In this document: piece by piece, positions 9,962 to 18,467 of the stretch
Position numbering within the stretch: position 1 is the first letter of the stretch
Layout of the letters: the number at the start of each line of letters is the position of its first letter
Assembly: GCA_963761305.1 (NCBI GenBank)
Contig: CAVXGK010000002.1
Location: 640,001-704,000 of the forward strand
Reading direction: 5' to 3'
DNA from: an uncultured Gemmatimonadaceae bacterium
GTDB lineage: Bacteria > Gemmatimonadota > Gemmatimonadetes > Gemmatimonadales > Gemmatimonadaceae
DNA length: 64,000 bases
Made by a program: the position numbers and the translations under genes
The notes under the pieces: model-generated
Seen by the model: only the letters and a program-made list of their open reading frames with translations
What the model was told of the DNA's origin: nothing
Databases searched by the model: none

Positions 9962-11511
9962 TGTCGTCGCGGATCCTCATCATCGACTACGGATCGCAGT
10001 TCACGCAGCTCATCGCGCGCCGCGTCCGCGAGGCGCGCGTCTACTCGGAGATTCATCCCCCGACCCGCTCGCTCGAGTGGATTCGCGATTGGAAGCCGAC
10101 GGGCATCATCCTCAGCGGCGGACCCAATTCGGTGTACGAGGATGGCGCGCCGACGGTCGACCCGGGCGTTCTCGATCTGGCCCCGGTGCTGGCGATCTGC
10201 TACGGCATGCAGTTGGTGGCGCGGCTGGCGGGCGGTGACGTCATCGGCGCCGGTCGTCGCGAGTACGGGCGATCCGAGCTCCGGGTCGACGAGACGTGCG
10301 GCCTGTTCGACGGATTCGCCGCGCACGACGTGATGCAGGTGTGGATGAGCCACGGCGATCACGTCGACGCGCCGCCGCATGATTTCGTCGCGACCGCGTC
10401 CAGCCCGAGCGTGCCGATCGCCGCGATGCGCCATCGCACGAAGCCGATTCATTGCGTGCAGTTCCATCCGGAAGTGGCACACACGCCGCGCGGCGGCGAG
10501 ATTATCTCCAACTTCCTCTTTCACGTCTGCAAAGCCGAGCCGAGTTGGACGCCGGGGGCGTTCGTCGAGAGCGAGGTCGCGAAGATCAAGCAACTCGTCG
10601 GCGACTCGCGCGTCGTCTGCGGTCTCTCCGGCGGGGTCGACTCGGCCGTCGCGGCCGCGCTCGTGCACCGCGCGATCGGCGACCAGCTCACCTGCGTGTT
10701 CGTCGATACCGGATTGCTGCGCTTGCACGAACGCGAGCAGGTGGAGCGTACGTTCCGCGCGAATCTCGGCATTCGCCTCATCACGGTCGACGCGGCGGAC
10801 CAGTTTCTCGAGAGGCTGGCCGGTGTCGAGGAGCCCGAAAAGAAGCGAACCATCATCGGCCACACGTTCATCGACGTCTTCGAATCGACGACCGATTCGC
10901 TCAGAGCCGAGGGGGAGTACAAGTTCCTGGTGCAGGGAACGCTTTATCCAGACGTGATCGAATCGTTCTCACCGCGCGGCGGACCGTCGGTCACGATCAA
11001 GACGCACCACAACGTCGGCGGCTTGAAACCAGCCATGAAGTTCCAGCTCATCGAGCCGCTGCGTGAGCTGTTCAAGGACGAGGTGCGGAACGTCGGGCGC
11101 GAGCTCGGACTGCCCGAGGAGATGGTCGGACGACATCCGTTTCCGGGTCCCGGGCTGGGCATTCGCGTGCTCGGCCCGGTCGACCGGGCGGCGCTCGACG
11201 TCCTCAGGAAGGCCGACGCCATTTACCTCGAGGAGATTCGAGACGCCGGGCTGTACAGCGAGATCTGGCAGGCGTTCGCCGTCTTGTTGCCGGTGCGCAG
11301 CGTGGGCGTGATGGGCGACTATCGCACCTACGAGAACGTGGTGGCGCTGCGCGCCGTGACGAGCACGGACGGCATGACGGCGGACTGGTATCATTTCCCG
11401 CACGACTTGCTGGGAAAGATCTCGACGCGGATTATCAATCAGGTCCGCGGCGTGAATCGCGTCGTCTACGACATCAGCTCCAAGCCGCCGGCGACGATCG
11501 AGTGGGAGTGA
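9961..11511 (+). CDS. guaA: GMP synthase (glutamine-hydrolysing)
   Basis: [44 protein letters not shown]. Confidence 0.97.
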   Translation: MSSRILIIDYGSQFTQLIARRVREARVYSEIHPPTRSLEWIRDWKPTGIILSGGPNSVYEDGAPTVDPGVLDLAPVLAICYGMQLVARLAGGDVIGAGRREYGRSELRVDETCGLFDGFAAHDVMQVWMSHGDHVDAPPHDFVATASSPSVPIAAMRHRTKPIHCVQFHPEVAHTPRGGEIISNFLFHVCKAEPSWTPGAFVESEVAKIKQLVGDSRVVCGLSGGVDSAVAAALVHRAIGDQLTCVFVDTGLLRLHEREQVERTFRANLGIRLITVDAADQFLERLAGVEEPEKKRTIIGHTFIDVFESTTDSLRAEGEYKFLVQGTLYPDVIESFSPRGGPSVTIKTHHNVGGLKPAMKFQLIEPLRELFKDEVRNVGRELGLPEEMVGRHPFPGPGLGIRVLGPVDRAALDVLRKADAIYLEEIRDAGLYSEIWQAFAVLLPVRSVGVMGDYRTYENVVALRAVTSTDGMTADWYHFPHDLLGKISTRIINQVRGVNRVVYDISSKPPATIEWE

Positions 11512-11517
11512 GACGCC

Positions 11518-11645
11518 GAAGGGCGAAACTAACGAAAGGCGAAGGTGACGAAGAGCGAAGGTAACGAAGAGCGAAACTGACGAAGAGCGAAACTGACGAA
11601 GAGCGAGGATAACGAAGGGCGAGGATAACGAACGGCGAGCAAGGC
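11518..11645 (+). repeat. Purine-rich 16-bp tandem array (~8 units, e.g. GAAGAGCGAAACTGAC)
   Basis: Units gaagggcgaaactaac/gaaaggcgaaggtgac/gaagagcgaaggtaac/gaagagcgaaactgac x2/gaagagcgaggataac/gaagggcgaggataac, then one degenerate unit. Confidence 0.9.
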
Positions 11646-11671
11646 GAAAACAGCGATAGGGGTCCGCGCTC

Positions 11672-11701
11672 TACCCGTCCACCCGTCCACCCGTCCACCC
11701 G
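11672..11701 (+). repeat. 8-bp tandem repeat (YACCCGTC x~3.7) abutting the DUF3667 start
   Basis: tacccgtc cacccgtc cacccgtc cacccg. Confidence 0.85.
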
Positions 11702-11702
11702 A

Positions 11703-12617
11703 ATGACAACCGAGCTCCGACCCAAGCAGTGGAGCGCGGCGGCGCCGGCCGTCGAGGTTGAGCAGCAGGCGTGTCTCAACTGCGGCGCGGTGCTGCACGG
11801 CACGTTCTGTTCGACGTGCGGGCAGCGTGTCGTGCCGCCGCGGCCGTCGTTGCGCGAGCTGCTTGGCGAAGCGTTCGCGGAATTCTCAGGATGGGACGGG
11901 AAGCTCGCGACGACGCTTCGCCTCCTGGTCATCCGCCCCGGACAGCTCACGGTCGACTTTCTCGAGGGGAAGCGGGCGAGGTACATCACGCCGCTGCGGC
12001 TCTACCTGAGCGTAAGCCTCGTGTACTTCGTGCTTTCAGCGGCGGCGCCCCCGTCGGCGGTGCCGAGCGAGGTCGCGAAAGTCGGTCAGGTCGGCGACGC
12101 GAAAATCACCGTCGGCTTTGGCGGTAGCAGTCCCGACCAATTGTCAGCCGAGCAGCGAGCCGCGCTTCTCGCCTCGGCGAAAAATGCCCCCGCGCTGTTT
12201 CGGCCGGCGCTTCGTCGCCTGGCCAGTGACCCCAAGGGATTTCAAGACGACTTCGTCGCCGTCATGCCGAAGCTCATGTTCGGCCTGCTCCCCGTCTTCG
12301 CGCTGATCCTGGCGCTCTTCTACCGCGGGCGAGGATTCGTCGAACATCTCTACTTCACGATCCACGTTCAAACTTTCTTCTTCATCGCCCTCGGACTCGG
12401 CGTCGCCGCCCGGTTCACGCACCTCGTCGCCGCGACGGTCGTGACGGGCATCGTGACGTTCCTGTGGGCGCCGCTCTACGCCCATTACTCGCTGCGACGG
12501 GTGTACGGCGAGAGCAACGGAAAGACGTTGCTCAAGGAGCTCGGGATCGGCGCGCTCTACGCGGCCGTGTACATCCCGTCGGTCGTCGCGCTCGCGCTTT
12601 GGGTGGGAAGAACTTAG
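11703..12617 (+). CDS. DUF3667-family membrane protein
   Basis: CLNCG..GTFCSTCGQ zinc ribbon, RPGQLTVDFLEGKRARYITPLRLYL, YRGRGFVEHLYF, several TMs. Confidence 0.85.
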   Translation: MTTELRPKQWSAAAPAVEVEQQACLNCGAVLHGTFCSTCGQRVVPPRPSLRELLGEAFAEFSGWDGKLATTLRLLVIRPGQLTVDFLEGKRARYITPLRLYLSVSLVYFVLSAAAPPSAVPSEVAKVGQVGDAKITVGFGGSSPDQLSAEQRAALLASAKNAPALFRPALRRLASDPKGFQDDFVAVMPKLMFGLLPVFALILALFYRGRGFVEHLYFTIHVQTFFFIALGLGVAARFTHLVAATVVTGIVTFLWAPLYAHYSLRRVYGESNGKTLLKELGIGALYAAVYIPSVVALALWVGRT

Positions 12618-12914
12618 AAGGGCGAAGGTGACAAAGGGCGAAGCTGACAAACGGCGAAGATAACGAAGATCGAAGATAACGAAGATCGAAGATAACGAAG
12701 ATCGAAGATAACGAAGATCGAAGGTAACGAAGAGCGCAGGTGACGAAAGATCGAAGGTGACAAACGCCGAGAAGGGCGAGACTGCGAGTCAGACCATCGC
12801 ACTCTCGCCCTTCTCGGATTTTGTCAGCTTCGCCTTTGTTAGCTTCGCCGTTTGTTATCTTCGCCGTTTGTTATCTTCGCCCTTTGTTAGTTTCGCCGTT
12901 TGTTAGTTTCGCCG
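12617..12914. repeat. ~300-bp imperfect palindrome: nine 16-bp units, central 21-bp-stem hairpin, six inverted units
   Basis: Left arm gaagatcgaagataac-type units 12617-12761; hairpin CCGAGAAGGGCGAGACTGCGA (12767-87) / TCGCACTCTCGCCCTTCTCGG (12797-817); right arm tttgttatcttcgccg-type units to 12914; between convergent genes. Confidence 0.9.
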
Positions 12915-12922
12915 TCCGCAGT

Positions 12923-13375
12923 TCAGACTCCCTTTTCCTCGAGCAGCGCCAGGAACTGTTTCGGCTCGGTGATCTCGAGCAGTCGTCCCGGCACGTCCGG
13001 CTCCTTGCTGAACTGCGCAATCTTGCCGAGCACCGGGAGGTACTGATTCGAGACCTCGAGCGGTGGGGCGACGATGAGGAAGAAGAAATTCACCGGCTTC
13101 TCATCGATCGCCTTGAAGTCGACGCCCTCTTTCCGGCGGCCGAAGGCGACGCGCAGCTTGTTCACGACGAGCGAGCGGCAGTGGGGAATGGCGATCCCTC
13201 GCCCGATTCCCGTCGAACCGAGGTTCTCGCGCCGCTTGAGCATCTTGAACAGCATGCCTTCTGATTTCTCGTCGAGCTTGAGCAAGCCGATCAACTCGCG
13301 GAGGACGTCATCCTTGGTCGTCCCCTTGACGTTGAGCTCGATTGCGTCTTCGCTGAAGAATTCTCGCAGTTCCAT
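12923..13375 (-). CDS. PTS IIA component (PtsN/fructose-mannitol type)
   Basis: RRENLGSTGIGRGIAIPHCR with phospho-His, DFKAIDEKPVNFFF. Confidence 0.9.
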   Translation of the reverse strand: MELREFFSEDAIELNVKGTTKDDVLRELIGLLKLDEKSEGMLFKMLKRRENLGSTGIGRGIAIPHCRSLVVNKLRVAFGRRKEGVDFKAIDEKPVNFFFLIVAPPLEVSNQYLPVLGKIAQFSKEPDVPGRLLEITEPKQFLALLEEKGV

Positions 13376-13470
13376 CCGTGGCGATTCGCGGCGTAAGTCG
13401 TAAGAAAGGCAGGCAACTGGCGTGAATCAGCGAAGCTATCCGGGCTGAGAACGTGTGTCAAATGCGCGCG

Positions 13471-13499
13471 TTGCTTGGACTTCGCCTCACTCTTACCTT
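13471..13499 (+). promoter_or_regulatory. Putative sigma70 promoter of dusB (leaderless)
   Basis: TTGCTT-17bp-TACCTT, 6 nt before ATG 13506, no SD. Confidence 0.5.
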
Positions 13500-13505
13500 T
13501 GGCGA

Positions 13506-14556
13506 ATGGCGCGTTTTCCGTTTCCGCTCGACGCGGCCGTCCCGCTCTACCTCGCGCCGATGGCCGGCGTGTCGGAGTCGCCGTTCCGGCGCCTCTGCCG
13601 CCGCTTTGGCGCCGACGTCGTCGTCACGGAATTCCTCTCGGCCGAAGGCATCCGCCGGGAGAACCCCGCCACCATCGACAAGCTCCGCTTCGGTCCGGAC
13701 GAGCGGCCGATCGGCGTGCAGATCTTCGGCGCCGACGCCGGCGGCGATGGGTGAAGCGGCCGCGTTCGTCACCGACGTGTTCGCACCCGAGTTCATCGAC
13801 ATCAACTTCGGCTGCCCGGTCAAGAAGGTCGTGCGCCGCAACGGCGGGTCGGGCTGCCTCAAGGATCTGAATCTGGTGCAGGACGTGATCCGCGCCGTCG
13901 CGCGCAGCACGTCGCTGCCCGTGACGTGCAAGATCCGCAGCGGCTGGAACGAAGAGATGCGCGACCCGGTAACGATCGCGCTACGGTGCCAGGACGCCGG
14001 CGTCCGCGCCATCGCGCTGCACCCGCGGACGCGCACGCAGATGTACTCGGGCAACGCGCGCTGGGAGGAGATCGCCGCCGTCGTCGACGCGCTCGACATC
14101 CCCGTGCTCGGCAACGGCGACATCAAGACGCCGGAAGACGCGGCGCGCATGCACCGCGAGACCGGCTGCGCCGGTGTGATGATCGCGCGCGGCTCGTTCG
14201 GCCAGCCGTGGATCTTCGACCAGACGCGCGACCTGCTCGAAGGACGCCCGATGCGCCCGGCGCCGACTATAGAAGCGCGATTTGCAATCGCGCTCGATCA
14301 CGCGCACATGGCGGCCGCCTACGAGCCCGATCGTCGCGGCGCGGCGATCGAGTTCCGCAAGCACCTCGGCTGGTACGTGAAGGGGCTGCCCGCGTCGGCC
14401 GAGCTTCGCAAGAGGCTGCATGCCGTCAACTCGCTCGACGAAGTCGAAGGGATCTTCGACGAGTATCTCCGCCTGCGCGACACGTTCGGCGCCGACATCG
14501 TGATGAGCGACGACGCGGCGGACGACACGGACTCGATCGAGACGGCGGCCGCATGA
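13506..14556 (+). CDS. dusB: tRNA-dihydrouridine synthase B, frameshifted near 13737 (likely sequencing error)
   Basis: LAPMAGVS and VQIFG in one frame; IDINFGCPVKKV, KIRSGW, HPRT, NGDI in the next; removing one G restores GAD-PAAM. Confidence 0.88.
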
Positions 14557-15311
14557 GACGCGAGCACGTCCGCGACCTGCTGCGGCAGGTGGCGGACGGA
14601 TCGCTCGACGTCTCGCACGCGCTCGACGCACTGGCCCTCGAGCCGACCGAGTCGCTCGGCTTCGCGACGATCGATCACCATCGCGCGCTTCGGCAGGGAT
14701 TTCCGGAAGTCATCTACGGAGCGGGGAAGACCCCCGACCAGATCTGCGAGATCGCACGCCGCATCGTCGCCCGCGGCGATGGTGTACTCGTCACGCGGAT
14801 CGCCGACGACGCCGCGCGTCGCCTCGCCGACGCACTGCCGAACGTCGAAGTGAATGACGTCGCGCGCACCGCGTTCGTGCGCGCCGAGTCGCCCGCGCCG
14901 CGCGGAACGGGAACGGTCGCCGTCGTCACCGCCGGCACGAGCGATCTGCCGGTGGCCGAGGAGGCCGCGGTGACTCTCGACGCACTGGGCGACTGCGTGA
15001 TGCGCGTGACGGACGTCGGCGTGGCCGGCATTCACCGCGTGCTGGCGAAGCACAAAGAGCTGATGTCGGCGTCGGTGGTGATCGTGGTGGCGGGAATGGA
15101 CGGCGCGCTGCCGTCGGTCGTCGGCGGCATGGTGCGCGCGCCGGTGATCGCGGTGCCGACGTCGGTCGGATATGGAGCGTCGTTCGGCGGGCTGGCGGCG
15201 CTGCTCACCATGTTGAACTCGTGCGCGGCCGGAGTCACCGTGGTGAACATCGACAACGGATTTGGGGCGGCCGTAGCGGCATCTCGAATCACTCACGCCG
15301 GAGCAGGGTAA
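14553..15311 (+). CDS. larB: Nickel pincer cofactor biosynthesis protein LarB (PurE-like)
   Basis: DHHRALRQGFPEVIYGAGKT, AGTSDLPVAEEA, DVGVAGIHR, PTSVGYG, VVNIDNGFGAA. Confidence 0.92.
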   Translation: MRREHVRDLLRQVADGSLDVSHALDALALEPTESLGFATIDHHRALRQGFPEVIYGAGKTPDQICEIARRIVARGDGVLVTRIADDAARRLADALPNVEVNDVARTAFVRAESPAPRGTGTVAVVTAGTSDLPVAEEAAVTLDALGDCVMRVTDVGVAGIHRVLAKHKELMSASVVIVVAGMDGALPSVVGGMVRAPVIAVPTSVGYGASFGGLAALLTMLNSCAAGVTVVNIDNGFGAAVAASRITHAGAG

Positions 15312-15329
15312 CCGCTCCGGTTTCGGCTG

Positions 15330-16200
15330 ACGGCTATCGGTACGCCGGTGAGACGTCGGCCGGCGCGCGGCCGATGCGATCGCACGACGACGGAGATCGG
15401 TCCGTCGACGACGGAGTTCGGTCCGTCGACGACGGAGTTCGGTCCGTCGACGACGGAGTTCGGTCCGTCGGCGGCGGATTGCGGTCATGAGTTCACTGAC
15501 TTCGGTCTGAGCTCGCCGGACTTCGGTCCTTTGCTGCGTTGCCGCAACATTTGTGGCACGCATCTCGATCCGTTGACGATTCGCGGCAGGAGTTTGCTGG
15601 CTTTGCGTCGTCCGGAGCTCGCGTTGCGCGGTCGTGAGTTGCCTTGGAGCAGTCTGGCGCGGGCGATCGACGATGCGTAACGCCCGGAGTGCCGGCATGA
15701 GCTGAAACCGAACGGGGCATTGCTCGCCGGATCCATAATCGTCGCGCGCGACGGTGTTGAAATGTGGATTGCCGCCGGTAGTTGACGGCGGTTCCACGGC
15801 TCGTCACAGATTGATGACGGGGAGTCGCGAGCGCACCACGATCCTGCCTCGACGGAGTTCGGTCACTTCGCGGCGGAACGCGATCCGTCGTCGAGTGAAC
15901 TCGCGGAGGTGACGACGCAACGGCGGGTGGTGGCGATGAAAATCGCGCGATGTGGCGCGCACGCCACGGCGAAGCGATTTGAGTTCGCGCCGTGACGAGG
16001 GATGTCCGACTCGTGGCGGAGTTGATGCGATCAGCGGCGAGTTGCAACCGAGGATCGACGCATTGGCGTCGGGGCGGAGCCGAGTGTTCGCGTGGACGTC
16101 CAGAGTGAAATCGGGTCACGTGAGAGTTGTACGCGGCGCGCGACGCCCGCATCCGAAGTCTTTCCACAAGAGTGCGGGCCGCACCGAAGTGAGAGTCGGA
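15330..16200 (+). repeat. Degenerate 21-bp-periodic tract 1 (core 4x CGACGACGGAGTTCGGTCCGT at 15385-15468)
   Basis: Near-perfect units, then degenerate ones; GACGGAGTTCGGTC recurs at 15851, exactly 441 (21x21) bp after 15410; boundaries approximate. Confidence 0.8.
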
Positions 16201-16212
16201 CGACGTGGAGTG

Positions 16213-16323
16213 AGCGGGTGGACGGGTAGACGGGTAGACGGGTGGACCGGTAGACCGGTAGACCGGTAGACCGGTAGACCGGTAGACCGGGCGACCGGTA
16301 GAACGGGAGACGGGAGATGGGAA
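16213..16323 (+). repeat. 8-bp tandem array (GACGGGTR/GACCGGTA, ~13 units)
   Basis: gacgggta x2, gacgggtg, gaccggta x5, gaccgggc, gaccggta... Confidence 0.9.
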
Positions 16324-16431
16324 GAGCTCGCGAGCCTCGAGATCGCACGGCACTTGAGCTTCCCATCACAACCAATTGCCCACGCGGAGCTTAACTCAGT
16401 CAATCGACGCGCCGATTTAGCGCGGATTTCG

Positions 16432-16460
16432 TTGCGTCCGCCGCCCGAATCGTCTAGATT
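16432..16460 (+). promoter_or_regulatory. Putative sigma70 promoter of ssrA
   Basis: TTGCGT-17bp-TAGATT, 11 nt upstream of the mature 5' end. Confidence 0.55.
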
Positions 16461-16471
16461 TCGTAGAGTAA

Positions 16472-16827
16472 GGGGGCGACTGGCTTCGACGGGGTATGTG
16501 AAGCCGTGGCTGCGTGCCGAGGTCGTGGGGCACCTCGTTAAACACTCCGCAAACTTCCAACTGCGAACAACAACTTCGCCCTTGCCGCCTAACTTTTAGT
16601 TAGGCCTGCAAGTGCCTGAGAGGAAGCCCGCCCGGGGCGGCTTCTCAGGTATCGGAAATCCGGGATTGCTGGCTCGACCGCCTCCGGCGGGCCGGTGAAA
16701 TCAAGGGGGCTCATCCGCGAGTGGGTCGTTCGCCAACCAGCGCGCGGAAACATCTAACGGCGGACTACGCACGTAGTGGCTGTGGTCGATCTATTCTCGG
16801 ACCCGGGTTCAATTCCCGGCGCCTCCA
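16472..16827 (+). ncRNA. ssrA: tmRNA; tag peptide (A)ANNNFALAA* at 16563-16592
   Basis: 5' GGGGGCGACTGGCTTCGAC; T-arm CCGGGTTCAATTCCCGG; acceptor GGGGGCG/CGCCTCC with G3.U, discriminator A; tag ORF ends ALAA-TAA; CCA not encoded. Confidence 0.95.
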
Positions 16828-16849
16828 TGCCGAGGGAATCCAGCATGAT

Positions 16850-16886
16850 GCAACGGCGTCCAGAAATGGGCGCCGTTGCTCGTTTT
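16850..16886 (+). terminator. Intrinsic terminator after ssrA
   Basis: GCAACGGCGTCCA-GAAA-TGGGCGCCGTTGC followed by TCGTTTT. Confidence 0.75.
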
Positions 16887-17068
16887 ACCCAGTGAAACTC
16901 GTCCAATCCAGACTTGACGCGTCCGACCTTCGCCCGGCGCGGCGCCTGCGACTTGGATCGAGAGAGCACCGGCTTCCTAATCCAAACATGACGCACTATG
17001 AGGATGCGTTTTCATAGTGCGGCATGAGTGTTTATAGGCACGATTTTGCGCCATTGGCAGGCATGGAC

Positions 17069-17091
17069 CGGCAAACATTACGGCAAACATT
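17069..17091. repeat. Tandem 11-bp direct repeat CGGCAAACATT x2
   Basis: 17069-79 and 17081-91; a hairpin lies nearby at 16987-17026. Confidence 0.6.
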
Positions 17092-17288
17092 CTCACGTCG
17101 GCCAACGCTAGAGCATCCGCACGGTGAGGAACACACTCGGGGCCATTGCCGAAGTACTTCGTTGCGTCGCGTAGCCGGCCGTCGGCCTCATCGCCCTCGT
17201 CTATTTCCGGAACGAGCTTAAGGGCCTAGTCAAGTCGGAGGAACGGAGGCGAAATACCCGGCGAAGGTCGCCCAGTCTCGTCGGTGCC

Positions 17289-17646
17289 TCATCGCTGCGC
17301 TCCGTTCGCAGCAATCAGCAAGGCAACTGCTTCCGAGTAGCGCTCCCATTTGGAGAGTTCGATGGCGAGGCGCCCACGGCCGGCGGCGGTGAGGCGATAA
17401 AACTTGGCTCTGCGTCCCGCTGGTGTCTGGCCCCAGTGAGTCGAGCCAGCCCTTGTCCTCCATTCGGTGAAGCGCCGGATACAGTGCCCCTTCTTCCACC
17501 CGAAGGCGTTCCACCGTGGACTCCTCGATCCAACGGAGAACGGCGAGGCCGTGCCTCGGTCCCCACGAGAGAGTCCTCAAAATGAGAAGATCGAGCGTCC
17601 CACGAAGCAGTTCGAGATCTGATTTGTCGAGGGCAGCGGGTGCCAA
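17289..17646 (-). pseudogene. PadR-family regulator, frameshifted at ~17436
   Basis: LLRGTLDLLILRTLSWGPRHG..EEGALYPALHRME, then in another frame WGQTPAGRRAKFYRLTAAG..WERY; no intact permease gene follows. Confidence 0.8.
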
Positions 17647-17678
17647 AGGGCGCCTCTGATATATAAGGTTGTTAGGCC

Positions 17679-17708
17679 AGACTATCTCGACGCTTCGAGG
17701 ACTGTCAA
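17679..17708 (-). promoter_or_regulatory. Promoter of decayed padR with palindromic operator candidate
   Basis: TTGACA-18bp-TAGTCT on minus strand, with CTCGA-N4-TCGAG in the spacer. Confidence 0.55.
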
Positions 17709-17776
17709 GGCGCCTCTTTCTCGGCCAACCGTCGCGCCATTGCGGGATTGTTACATGACGGGCATATTCGCGCGGG

Positions 17777-18424
17777 TTGTCGCCAGTTGTTCTCCCCTCC
17801 CCCGCGACAACTGAGGCCTCAGCTGTGCCCCCGTCTCTGCGGCTATCCTCGAGTTCGTCCAACATCGCGTCGTCCTCTCCTCGGCCGCTCTCGGACGAGG
17901 AGCTGTTGCGGCAATTAGCCCTCGACGAAACGCGGGCGCTCGAGGTAGCGCTGGCTCGCTACTGGACGCTGGTCGTCGACTACGTCGCGCGGCTCACGCA
18001 CTCCGAGGACGCCGCGCAGGACGTTGCCCAACGCGCGTTCTGCCAACTGTGGGATCGCCGGGCCCAATGGGCGGCCGCCGGATCGCTCCGTGCGCTCATC
18101 TGCCGCATCGCGCGCAACTATGCCATCAGCGATTATCGCCGCCAACAAGCCGACGAGCGGAGCGCCGCGACATTCCTGGAGTTGAGCGGGCCGTCAGCGG
18201 CAACGGTGTCGGACGGCGACACCACCCGCCTTCGCGCGATCATCGATCGCGAGATGGCACGTTTGCCGGAACGGCGCCGCGAGATTCTTGTCCTTCGCTG
18301 CTACCACGACCTCTCGTACAGAGAGATCGCCGAGGTGATGGGAATCGCCGAGCAGACCGTGGCGAACCAGCTCAGCAAAGGGCTCGCGGCGCTTCGAAAA
18401 TCTCTGGGACGGCTGCTCGACTGA
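17777..18424 (+). CDS. ECF sigma-70 factor (FecI-like)
   Basis: Region 2 DAAQDVAQRAFCQLW; region 4 LPERRREIL..LSYREIAEVMGIAEQTVANQLSKG; start uncertain. Confidence 0.88.
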   Translation: MSPVVLPSPATTEASAVPPSLRLSSSSSNIASSSPRPLSDEELLRQLALDETRALEVALARYWTLVVDYVARLTHSEDAAQDVAQRAFCQLWDRRAQWAAAGSLRALICRIARNYAISDYRRQQADERSAATFLELSGPSAATVSDGDTTRLRAIIDREMARLPERRREILVLRCYHDLSYREIAEVMGIAEQTVANQLSKGLAALRKSLGRLLD

Positions 18425-18467
18425 CGACCCAATAGTAGAGCAAGCGCCGCTGGTGCGTGTAAGGGCG

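Noticed and set aside
13720..13760. Programmed frameshift in dusB
   Set aside because: No slippery heptamer, and similar indels occur throughout the window
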